Shown here in pieces: positions 10,641 through 20,607 of a DNA stretch of 64,000 nt (position 1 is its first letter; each line of letters opens with the position of its first letter). Source of the stretch: Naegleria gruberi (lineage: Eukaryota). The notes below the pieces were generated by a model. It was not told the origin of the DNA. It worked only from the letters and a program-made list of their open reading frames with translations, and searched no databases. The stretch lies in NCBI GenBank assembly GCA_000004985.1, contig GG738879.1. One strand, written 5' to 3'. The position numbers and the translations under genes were made by a program.

Positions 10641-12161
10641 TCATTCATCATCATCTTCATTCTCTTCAGATTTAACTCGAGTCAAACGTTTGAGAGATTT
10701 CTTCAATTTTTGCAATTCTGTTGCCTCAACATACATTCCAATTGTAAATTCTTCCAATCTTCCAAAAGATTCATTCTTTCCCAAAGTAGTCAAGAAACTT
10801 TTGACTTTTCCTTGTAAGTACATAATGTACAAACTCTTCAAATTTGGAAAGTGAGTAGATTTTGGAAGTAATAGATTATCCTTGCTTTCAATTTGAAAAC
10901 CCAAGTGTAAATGTTCCAATTTTGTAAATTTGTCACTTGCACAAAATTCCTTAAATCCAATTTCTGAGTGATTAAATTCTTGGTAGTTAATTTTGAAAGA
11001 TTTCAAGTTTTCAAATTGGCTTTCTGCTAATAGTTTGAAAACTGAAGATTCTTCATCGATTCCCATATCAATTTTACATTCCAATTCAGTTAATCCTTTC
11101 CAGGAAGGATTAGAACAAACTTGTTTGAAACATTCATGTGAAATATCAATTAATACGAGAGATTTGATATTGGAAATACTTTCATTCTTCAATAGAGCAT
11201 CCAAACTTTGCATTGTACTACTAAATTTCAATCTAATACTTTCCAATTTTGGAAAATCAGATTTAACAAATTCACAAATAAGGCGATCAAAATCTTCCTC
11301 TTCTGGAACTTCCTCTTCCACATCCATGAAATATTCATTATTACAAATTTCAAGAGTTTTCAATTGTGGACATGAAACTTTTCTTTTGATAAATGGAATG
11401 CAGAGTGATGTTGGTCCATGCATGTTTAGTTTAAAAGTTTCCAATGTTGGAATTGACATAGTTTCGTATATTTGATCTGCTTTCAATGATTTTTTGGTTG
11501 AACTAACAGTTGCAATGTAAAGAGATTTGAGGTTTGTTAAGGATTTGAGTGGTGAGAGATCAGAACCTGAAAATGTAATTTGTAATTCTTCTAAATTAGG
11601 AAAATTGTTTACAATTTCTTGGCAAGATTTGATTGGTGAATGAAGAGTAAGAGATTTCAGAGTTGGGATTTCACAGCTGAATTCGAAAGATGCTTGTCGT
11701 CCTTCTATAACAAGTTTCTTCAATTCTGAAAACTTGGGAATCGTCAACTTTCCAGAAACTGGAAACGAAAGTTCAATTACTTTTGGACAATTTTCCATCA
11801 ATGTCTTTGCCTCCTTTGCATTGATTCCATTAATAATCTTAATAATTCTAAACTGTTCACAATTTCTATTCGAATTTAACCAACCATTAAATTTGTTTCG
11901 AATATCTTCATCTAATTCTTCACTTTCAAACTCCGATTCTTCAAATTCTTCTTCTTCACCTGGGGATGATAAAACTAAACTTCCCAATGTCAATGTGTGT
12001 AATTGTTCAACTCCAGAACGAAATTGCTTGCAAGTTGTCATTAATTCGAAAGGTTCGAAATTTGACAGGTAGGAAAAGATGTTTACCATGCAATCATCAC
12101 CAATTTGATGAAGATTAGTTTTGACAGCTTCAACTTTACGTTTCTTGGTTTGTGGAGCCAT
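10641..12161 (-). CDS. F-box / leucine-rich-repeat protein, 506 aa.
   Basis: N-terminal F-box-like MVNIFSYLSNFEPFELMTTCKQF. Then many LxxLxL repeats (LKSLTLHSP, LEELQITF, LKSLTNLKSLYI...) and an acidic tail. Confidence 0.55.
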   Translation of the reverse strand: MAPQTKKRKVEAVKTNLHQIGDDCMVNIFSYLSNFEPFELMTTCKQFRSGVEQLHTLTLGSLVLSSPGEEEEFEESEFESEELDEDIRNKFNGWLNSNRNCEQFRIIKIINGINAKEAKTLMENCPKVIELSFPVSGKLTIPKFSELKKLVIEGRQASFEFSCEIPTLKSLTLHSPIKSCQEIVNNFPNLEELQITFSGSDLSPLKSLTNLKSLYIATVSSTKKSLKADQIYETMSIPTLETFKLNMHGPTSLCIPFIKRKVSCPQLKTLEICNNEYFMDVEEEVPEEEDFDRLICEFVKSDFPKLESIRLKFSSTMQSLDALLKNESISNIKSLVLIDISHECFKQVCSNPSWKGLTELECKIDMGIDEESSVFKLLAESQFENLKSFKINYQEFNHSEIGFKEFCASDKFTKLEHLHLGFQIESKDNLLLPKSTHFPNLKSLYIMYLQGKVKSFLTTLGKNESFGRLEEFTIGMYVEATELQKLKKSLKRLTRVKSEENEDDDE

Positions 12162-12370
12162 GTGTTTAGGTTGTGGTGATTTTTTTTTATTCGAAACTAT
12201 ATCTTCAACCCAATTTCTTTGGATTTAGGTTGTACCTTACGTTTTAACTACATTTCCATTCTTGAATACTTCTCTCGAACTTCCCTAAACTCCACCAATG
12301 AAAAGAAATTATAAACGAAAATAGAAAAATTATTGTAAACAATTTAAAATAATAAAAAATTAAAAAAAAA

Positions 12371-13810
12371 ATGAATGCACAAGATGAGATCGAATCGATA
12401 CAGTTGCACGACGTTCACCTCTCTAATCGTCTCCATTTGAAATTAAAAATTCTTCCGAAATATGAAGATGTTTTACCTGATCAAATGTTGGACAATTTAT
12501 TTTCAAATCATGATGATCAATTCAAAGATGAAAAAGTCAAGAAAATTGTTAATTTAGGGGGAAAAGCTTGTTTTCTTTATTATTATGGTCAATTTGAAAA
12601 GATTGGAGTGATTTTTATTGGATATATGGATGGTTCTATTGAGATGGTTTCAATGCTTAAAACACAAGAGGAAAGAGAAGATGTACAATCTCAACAACCT
12701 AAGAGATTTTCTTTTGTAGATAAATCAAGGAAGAGACAGCGTTGTCATCAAGCACAAATTACTGGAATTTTGTGTTTTTCTGTAGTGAGTGGAATGTCAC
12801 TATTAATGACATCATGTGCAGATGGATTTGTAAAGTTTTGGTTTCTTGATACTGATAAGGTTGATGATGAGATACAACCATGTTTGAAATTATTTGACAT
12901 TGGACATGAATATAATTTGGAATCAAGTGTTGTATCTTTGAAATTTGTTTACAATGAGGTTTATTATTCAAGTTGTGCAACGAAGGAAGATTTTTCTCTT
13001 TGGAGAGTCTTTCATGTAGTAGCTGTTTGTAGGAATGGAAATATTTATAGATGGGATCCAGCATTGATTCCTAAAGTTATCATGACAGAAGTTTCTCGAT
13101 ATGAGGTGCAAAATATATTCACACTCTTAACAGAGGAATATGTTGAATCACCAGAATTAATTAGTGAAATTAAGGGCGGTAATGTGGAGGTTGTTTGTGC
13201 TACCTTATCTCAGAAAATTACAACAACTGCGCAAGCATATATTGTTTGTGGTCTGTCAAACGGGATGATAGTATCTGTATCATTGTCATTTAAAGATCCA
13301 GATGAGGAGAGTAAAACTATTGAGGAGGATTACAGATTGACTAATATATCATTCATTTCTGACACTTTTTTACAAAGCAATCCACCAACAAAAATAGTTG
13401 AAATCTATCCATTCTCTCCTAACAACGGCTTTCATATTCTCTCCCGTAACAAGGTCTTTAATTTTAATCCAAAATCTAAGGGTATTTTTCTATATTTTAG
13501 AGAAGACAATTCAGATTTAATTACAATTTGTGAATATTTATACTTTACAAATGGAAGAGAGCTTGGAGAGAATGTCACCATCCCAGTTGACTATGTTTCA
13601 CAACAATTTACTGTTAGAGATTTGTGTTGGATTGCCAGAGGTAGTTTAATGTGTGTGAGCAGTGAAGAAGGTAATTTACTACTCTACCATAAGGAGCAAG
13701 AAAATTGGTACGAGCTGGTTTGTTTAGAACATACTCTTCTGAAATATACCTCATTTTCAATAATCAATCATTGTGCTCTGAGTGATGTGTTTATTATTGC
13801 ACAGAATTGA
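12371..13810 (+). CDS. WD40-repeat protein, 479 aa.
   Basis: ATG after an A9 run. WD-like blades are present (LLMTSCADGFVKFWFLD, VAVCRNGNIYRWDP, GYMDGSIEMV). Confidence 0.5.
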   Translation: MNAQDEIESIQLHDVHLSNRLHLKLKILPKYEDVLPDQMLDNLFSNHDDQFKDEKVKKIVNLGGKACFLYYYGQFEKIGVIFIGYMDGSIEMVSMLKTQEEREDVQSQQPKRFSFVDKSRKRQRCHQAQITGILCFSVVSGMSLLMTSCADGFVKFWFLDTDKVDDEIQPCLKLFDIGHEYNLESSVVSLKFVYNEVYYSSCATKEDFSLWRVFHVVAVCRNGNIYRWDPALIPKVIMTEVSRYEVQNIFTLLTEEYVESPELISEIKGGNVEVVCATLSQKITTTAQAYIVCGLSNGMIVSVSLSFKDPDEESKTIEEDYRLTNISFISDTFLQSNPPTKIVEIYPFSPNNGFHILSRNKVFNFNPKSKGIFLYFREDNSDLITICEYLYFTNGRELGENVTIPVDYVSQQFTVRDLCWIARGSLMCVSSEEGNLLLYHKEQENWYELVCLEHTLLKYTSFSIINHCALSDVFIIAQN

Positions 13811-13889
13811 GGTTTAGAATGCATACTGAAATGGTATTCCTAATCAAATGGGTTTATGCTCTAGTTACAATTAACCGACCTAAAATGAA

Positions 13890-16800
13890 CTACTTATAAG
13901 AACCACCTGAAGATGCAAGAAGACGTGTTAATCTAACATCTGATTCAAATACTTTCTCATAGACCTGTAAAGAATCCAATAATCTTTCCACTAGCTCATC
14001 AGGGGAGAGTCTGTCCACTTCTGGTTCAATAAATACAGGATTTTGAAATTGTCTCATATAAGCATCCATATCAATATTGCTATGTCTTGGTTCGACATCC
14101 TCTTCTTGATCGACTAATATCTCATCGTTTGAATCATAAACAATATCCACTGGAGTAGATGTTTGAACCTCGATTGATCTTCCTTTTCCACATTCTTCAA
14201 AAATTAAAGGTTGAGTCTGACAAGAAGTGGAACATTGTTTGGATTTCAACTTTGAAACAATTTCCAGACCTTGCGGTTTGCATTCCTTGTATTGTTTGAT
14301 TTCTTCTTTAATTTTCTCCTTCTTATATCTCCTCTCTTTTTCAATTTCAGAATGTGATTTAGCTTTGATAGTACTGATAATGTTGAAGGGATCAACTTCA
14401 CTGGAAGCTATCTTTGATTTGTTTCGTTTGTAGGATGAAGCTAATTTGTCATTTTTAGAATTTTTAAGGCTCAAGAACACTTGTTTCTTAATTTCTTCCT
14501 TTTTCTTTCTAACTTCTTCCAATAAAACTGAAGTTTCAGAATCATTTTCTATACTTAGTAAACTGGCCGAGGAAATATCAGAGCTTACTGAACTTGTTTC
14601 ATTTGATGTTATTTTACTCTTACTTCTACTTTCTCTTCCATAATCCGAACTTGTTCTCAGTGAACTAATACTTGATGTAGATTGTCTCAATGAAGGTTTG
14701 GACTTCCTTTGATTTTTCCTTTTGTCTCTTATTTGCACGTCTTTTCTCGGGTATTTCAGTTTGTTCCTCCTCTCGTACATGTTTTTTTGAAAAATATGAA
14801 ATCTTTTCAATTTCAGAAGAACCTGTCACTGAAGGAGATGATATCATTTCTATAGAGAATGAGTTATAGTTAGGGTCGATCTGTATGTTTCGTTCCTTAG
14901 GTTTAGAAAAATGGAGCTCTATTTCTTTTGCATTGTCTTTTTTGATTAGTTCATCGCTGAAAATGGCTGTTGAAGGATTGAATGATGCATGTTCATGGAT
15001 ATCTTCTATATTATCCAATGAATTTTCACTTGATGAATCAACAATAATTGAAGATTCTGAATTAGTCCCTTCAGACAATTCGGAATTGTTAATCACAACC
15101 TTATTTGATTCCGAGTTATGATATGTCTCATACTCAACTGGATTGAAATATCTTTGTTTGGATTCTAAAGTTATGACTATAGGATCCAAATTACTGTTGT
15201 CTAGAGAAGAGGACTCACTATCATTTCTTTTAAGTTGACTGGAAAATGGATGGAGAGAAGATCTGTCACTCTTAATGCTATATTCACTGTACACTACGGA
15301 AGGTGAAGAAGCAATTGTTTCTGAAAGTGTATCCTGGTGAGGAGAAGTTGGCGCTTCTGTTTTAATGTTTTCGGAAGATGAGGTTTCTTCTAAATTTACA
15401 GGGATAGGAGCCTCAACAAGAACCTCTTTTTTTTCGGGTGAGGCCTTTTCCTTTCTTTCTTTTGAAGGGAATTGAGGAAGCATTCTATTTGATATTGACT
15501 TTTCGCTTGATGATATAGTAGGTTTTGATTCAGTTGGTTCTCTTGTGTCATAAGTTGTGTCAATCGGTTTAGATGGAACCTCTTCTTTAGCTTTACGGGC
15601 ACTTGATATCAGTTGTAGGGCATTCTCAATAATTTTTCTTCTCTCAATATCTGCTTCTGTCAACCGTGGTTCAATGCTGGATATATCATTATATGTACAA
15701 TCAACATGTTTGGGTATTGGAAATGAAAAATCCCTTATTTCAGACTTCCCCTTCAAATATTCCTTATTATTTTCAACTGGTTTTGCTGGTGCTGACCAAA
15801 GAGACCACACAGAACTGTTTGTACTCTCAGATTCTTCGTCCATAAATGCATTAAGTGGACTGTCTTTCTTAATTTTGTGAAGGTTCCTTCTTCTTAGTTC
15901 CCTAGCCAACTCCTGTGCTGCTTCTTTCAGCTTTTTCTTTCTTTCGTGGTCAACTGCAAGTTTTGATCTCACTTTTTTCCCAAAATCTTTCACTCTTTTT
16001 CTACTGTCTGTGTTTTCATTTCCTTCAAGTTGTTCTTTAAGAAATTGAGGCATTTCTGGCTTCTTTTTCTTTGACTTTTCGTCTTCAGGAGGTGGAGGAG
16101 GGTTTGTGAACAATTCATGAATGTATTCATCTAGTCTCTTTAGAGCATCCTTTTTTCCAATTTTCTTTTGAATTTCCTCTTGCTTTTTTTGTTCAGCTAG
16201 CTTTTTGTCATTAACTTGCTTTTGCTTCATAAACTCTTTCACTTTTTCCTCATCATATGGTTTTTTCCTCATGTTATTATTTCGAGGAGGTCTCATTCTA
16301 AGTTTTTCCTTCTCCTTTCTTCTCTTCTCCTTCATATATTCTCTAATTTCATTTTCATCATAGAACTTTTGTCTATTCTCGTAATATGGCTTGTAGATGT
16401 ATTCTTCTACAGTAGTGAATGGTTTCTTTTTCTCTGTGCTTGAAGGTCTGCTTGATGGTTTCTTTTTCTCAGCAGTCTTTTCTGAGTTTTGAGTGGTAGG
16501 TCTTGAGGCTGATTTTGGTCTTTCTCTTACTATACTTTTTAGTTCCTGAGGAGGTGATGATGTGTTAATTACATTAGTTTGTTGATTGTTTTCTTGGTTG
16601 AGTTGGGGTTGTTCACATACTTGTTCGGTAGCTTGTGGTTCTTGAAGCATTTCTGGATTTGTTTCCTCATTACTTTCTTGAGGAGCTTGGGTATCACTTT
16701 CATAAGATCCATAAGGATCAAAATCTTCAAATTGTGAATCGTCTTCCTGTGTTTCCTCTTGGTTTTTCATTTCTGTTGGAGTGTTTCCCTCGCAATGTTG

Positions 16801-17166
16801 CTCCTCTTCTGTTGCTTGTGCTACTTCGACTATTTGTTCTTCGTAAGGATTTTCCTCATTCTGCTGTTCCTCCTCTTCATAATTTTCAAAATGCTCCTCC
16901 TCTGCATAATGTTCCTCTTCATTGGGTTGTTCTTCGTACGACTGATATGTTTCTTGAGGATGTTCCTCTTCTGTACCAGGATGATACATTTCCTCCTCAT
17001 AGGGATTATTCTCTGGATGGTCATCGTACACATCACCTCCAAAATTATGTTCATAATCATCATGATGATCATCTCCTACATCCCCTGCATAATGTTGCTC
17101 TTCCTCGTCATGATGAAAATCATTGTCATAGAAATCCTCTCCTAAATCCTCAAGTGAATCATCCAT
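13890..17166 (-). CDS. Large low-complexity protein with an acidic N-terminus, a K/R/E-rich basic middle and a Ser-rich C-terminus. It is split into two overlapping ORFs (14665..17166 and 13890..14810) by a +1 frameshift in a T7/A7 homopolymer at about 14782-14788.
   Basis: Both ORFs are on the minus strand. They overlap by 146 nt in frames offset by one and have the same composition. Deleting one A from CAAAAAAAC fuses them into an ORF of about 1120 aa. No AT-rich GT..AG intron of suitable length is present. Confidence 0.45.
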
Positions 17167-17194
17167 TAGTTTTTTATTTTAAATTATTATTATG

Positions 17195-17235
17195 AAATTG
17201 GCGCGGAAACTTGCTACATTTTTGGCGGCAAAACG
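17195..17235. promoter_or_regulatory. GC-rich E2F-like motifs (AAATTGGCGCGGAAAC and TTTTGGCGGCAAAACG) inside a 111-bp bidirectional promoter.
   Basis: The only GC-rich islands in an otherwise A/T spacer between divergent ATGs at 17166 and 17278. They resemble TTTSSCGC. Confidence 0.35.
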
Positions 17236-17277
17236 ACAATAAAAAATATGAAAACAAACTCTTCAATTTAACGGAAT

Positions 17278-18375
17278 ATGGAGGATGTGAAAAGAATTAG
17301 AGAAGAAAATAGGAAAAAATTTAAAGATTATTTGATTGTGGAAAAGTTATTGAAAAATTATTCGGAATACTTTAACAAGAATGATCTGCTGAAAAGATGG
17401 ATGTTCATTCGTGCTAGTCACAGGTTGGAAGAAAGAAGAAGAAAATTGAGAGTTGAAAAAATTAGAACATTGATGAAGATACAACTCTCCCATCACATGA
17501 AATCGAGCACTAAAAAATTGAAAAAATTATTTAAAATTATTCCAGAAGAATTTGAAAGTTTATTTCAACAAAAGTTGACTTTTTGCATTTCAAATATAGA
17601 AAAGTATTTTAAAAAAACTGAAAATGAATTTATTGTACTGAGTTCTTCAACATTTAAGGATACATTGCAAGAATCAAATAAGAATCAAGCCATTATTCCA
17701 ATAGTTAGGACAATATTAGCTCTATCGAAATGGGATGGAATAGATCTTTTGCCCCATCGATTTTTGGACTTTTTTAAAGATCTTTCCCATAGATACTCAC
17801 CTAATGAAAGAATCAGAGCCCTCTACATGATAGCAAAAACTGGAACAAAAAAGAAGGAAGTAGAGCATTTAGATGAGCTAGTAGAAATATTTAGGAATAA
17901 TTTCTCAGTCCTAAATATTTTGGAAAGAAAACTCATTTCATGGACTGGAAATAATGATTTTTGCTCATCATATATTGCATGTGCACACTTTATGAAGAAT
18001 ATTCTGGCTTCAAGTACTGTAAGGGGAGGTACCATTGGAATCAAAGCAAAAAAGATGCAACATTTCTATGAGGTTTTGGAAACAGTTGCTAAAGAAATTC
18101 AACAACGAACCAAACTCAAACTTTTGGACAAGTATGATGGTAATATAACCAAAGACCTAATGAAGCAACAAGCAATAGAAATGTTAGATGAATATGATGG
18201 AATTCATCACTCTCTCTTCAGCTTATTCTCCCCTTTCATTCATGAATTAATGCGTATTATTACAATGAGATCTTTTTTCAAAAAATTGTTGCTAGCAAAG
18301 AAACAAAAAACCTTACAAAATCTAATTACAGAATATTACAGTAGGATGAATCGAATAAATAGCAATTTCCATTAA
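17278..18375 (+). CDS. Hypothetical K/E-rich helical protein, 365 aa.
   Basis: Uninterrupted ORF from a real ATG. No recognisable domain. Confidence 0.4.
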   Translation: MEDVKRIREENRKKFKDYLIVEKLLKNYSEYFNKNDLLKRWMFIRASHRLEERRRKLRVEKIRTLMKIQLSHHMKSSTKKLKKLFKIIPEEFESLFQQKLTFCISNIEKYFKKTENEFIVLSSSTFKDTLQESNKNQAIIPIVRTILALSKWDGIDLLPHRFLDFFKDLSHRYSPNERIRALYMIAKTGTKKKEVEHLDELVEIFRNNFSVLNILERKLISWTGNNDFCSSYIACAHFMKNILASSTVRGGTIGIKAKKMQHFYEVLETVAKEIQQRTKLKLLDKYDGNITKDLMKQQAIEMLDEYDGIHHSLFSLFSPFIHELMRIITMRSFFKKLLLAKKQKTLQNLITEYYSRMNRINSNFH

Positions 18376-18490
18376 TATTACATTTGCGTACAGTACTATC
18401 TCATAACCACTAATAATGGGTTCTGAACAAGCTTCATAACCGTTACATATTTCGTCAGCTTTCTTCAATACCTAAAAAAAAAGATCCTTG

Positions 18491-19465
18491 ATGAATCAAA
18501 CACCCACAAGAAACCAAACTCCAAACAAGCCCCGTCCTTCCCCACTCTCTAATTTTTCAACAACAACACCTAATAATTCTTCTTCTACATACAATGATGA
18601 TGAAGATTCAGAATTGAAAAGACACTCACGACAATATAATCACGATTTTTCCCAGCATTTATTTCATAGAATTTGTATCGGAGATGATGGGTTTGATTCA
18701 ACCTATCCATCACACATTCTAAATGAAAAGGAAGTAACTATGAAGGATTATCAGTTATTCATAACCCAATTGAATGGAATTTACTTTTTACAAATTTCGA
18801 ATAGGACAAAGGCTATCATTCTGGCATGTTGGATTATTGTTTCATTGATAGCTCTCATTATTAATTTATCTATTGGATTAAGTAATATTTCTAACATTTC
18901 AAATTGTGTCAAACAAACACATTCAGTGGAGCAACAACTCAGGTCAATTATGATTTTTGAAACAAGTGTAATAACTGCAAACACAACATGTACAGATTTA
19001 ACCTTACCCTATATTCTAACTTTTCTTCCTGCTGTTGGAAGTTCTATAGCTATTTTATTGATTTTATTTTTCATTATTGGAATTATTTATCTCGTTCACC
19101 TTAATATCAGACATTCTAAATTGTCTTCATTTATTGAAAAGAATAGATTTCATTTCCTTAAAATTGGGATTGAATTGAATATTATCAGTTTAAGAATGTT
19201 CAATTTTCTTCCAAAGGGCATTTGTATTGAAATGCTGAAAATTACAAATGAAAGAGAGGACAGTCTACTTCGAATGTTTAAGGACGATAATGAAATGAAA
19301 AAGAACTTTTCCAAGAGGTTTAGTAGAAATGTTCTTTCACCAACAAATAGAGTTTCTATTGACTATTCGAATTTATATAATGATCACCACCAAGCAGTGA
19401 ATAACCATCATTCACCATATTATACCTCAACATCTCCAAAATCAAATTATACAAGATTAGATTGA
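18491..19465 (+). CDS. Hypothetical two-TM membrane protein, about 324 aa.
   Basis: Real ATG (MNQTPTRNQ...). Two hydrophobic helices (AIILACWIIVSLIALIINL, ILLILFFIIGIIYLVHL). Confidence 0.4.
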   Translation: MNQTPTRNQTPNKPRPSPLSNFSTTTPNNSSSTYNDDEDSELKRHSRQYNHDFSQHLFHRICIGDDGFDSTYPSHILNEKEVTMKDYQLFITQLNGIYFLQISNRTKAIILACWIIVSLIALIINLSIGLSNISNISNCVKQTHSVEQQLRSIMIFETSVITANTTCTDLTLPYILTFLPAVGSSIAILLILFFIIGIIYLVHLNIRHSKLSSFIEKNRFHFLKIGIELNIISLRMFNFLPKGICIEMLKITNEREDSLLRMFKDDNEMKKNFSKRFSRNVLSPTNRVSIDYSNLYNDHHQAVNNHHSPYYTSTSPKSNYTRLD

Positions 19466-19612
19466 ATCCGATTTTGAAACTAGGCATTTTAATATAATTG
19501 ACAAATAAGTAATGTGATAACTATTATAGAAATTACCGTAACTATGAATAAGGAATATCAACTTTAAATTAAAATATATATTTATTTACAGTTATTTACA
19601 ATATTTATGTAT

Positions 19613-20176
19613 CTACAAGCTTTGAGATTTTCTATAATAATCTAAAAATCCAGAAAGTGATTTTTCAAAAAGGTCATTCCATCTATTAGAAACCAATCCC
19701 TTAACTAAGAAAATTGGCATTCCATGGAAAACTTCAACATTGGTAACTTCCAATTTTTCAGAATCTAAACATTCAAACGACCAAAGGTGGCATGCTGCAA
19801 TTCCTCCTTCCTCTTTGTTCCACATAATTTTTGCATGATTTTCTGATATTTCATTCACTGCAACCTGCTCATTGGAAACTTGTTGGCCAACAGGGAAACC
19901 CAAATTGAGAGTTTGTGTAAATTTTGTACCAACTGAAAGAGTTTTAGAATTGTCATCTGAATATTGAGCACTGGCATGCAATGGAACTGACCATTCTTTC
20001 CACAAATCCAATCTCTGGAATAATTTGTAAAGTTCTTGCATTGTCTGTTGTGAATTAGTACATGGAAGAATTGCAGAGCTGCCAACAATTTGAGTTTTCA
20101 TTGAAGGTTCTTTCAATTTCAATATCTCTAAAGCATATTTGACTTGTTTGTGATCCTTGGTTACTCTTCTAATCAT
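19613..20176 (-). CDS. Small hypothetical protein, 187 aa (possibly an SRPBCC/Bet-v1-like fold).
   Basis: Real ATG with an A-rich context. No confident domain. Confidence 0.35.
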   Translation of the reverse strand: MIRRVTKDHKQVKYALEILKLKEPSMKTQIVGSSAILPCTNSQQTMQELYKLFQRLDLWKEWSVPLHASAQYSDDNSKTLSVGTKFTQTLNLGFPVGQQVSNEQVAVNEISENHAKIMWNKEEGGIAACHLWSFECLDSEKLEVTNVEVFHGMPIFLVKGLVSNRWNDLFEKSLSGFLDYYRKSQSL

Positions 20177-20300
20177 TGTTATTATTTGTTTTTGTTGAAT
20201 TTGAAATTTTAATAAACGTGTTCAATGCCTATTTATTCAGTTCAGAAATTTGTGCGTTTGAGAGTCGCATCAATGCATTCTTGGTTTATTGTGACCGCTC

Positions 20301-20332
20301 AAATTGGCGCATACTTTTTTTCGATATCGAAA
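20301..20332. promoter_or_regulatory. Divergent-promoter motifs: AAATTGGCGC (E2F-like) followed by the perfect 14-bp palindrome TTTCGATATCGAAA.
   Basis: The same 10-mer AAATTGGCGC occurs in the 17166/17278 bidirectional promoter. The palindrome is at 20319-20332. Confidence 0.3.
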
Positions 20333-20607
20333 CTGTAAAGAACCATTGTACAATGGTTCAAATAATTGAAAGATTGTATCTTAAGATATTAATGATACTG
20401 CAATATTTACTAGAGGCTAAAAATTAAATATTAGTAGTAACCATCAATTAGAATACAAAATGGTTATTGAAGGAAGGGCACCTAGGGTGATGACCGGAGT
20501 TCTTGTAAGCCTACAGTCACACACATTAATCTCTTTGATGGATTCTCTCTTGTTGGAAAGTTGTTCTTCTTGTATTTCGAAGGTAGATTTTTTGTAACCA
20601 CAAAAAA

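Noticed and set aside
16216-17195. ORFs 16216..16443, 16635..17195, 16759..17145 (+) and 16830..17072 (-)
   Set aside because: Alternative-frame or antisense readings of the acidic/basic low-complexity gene. Codon periodicity follows the minus-strand 833-aa frame.
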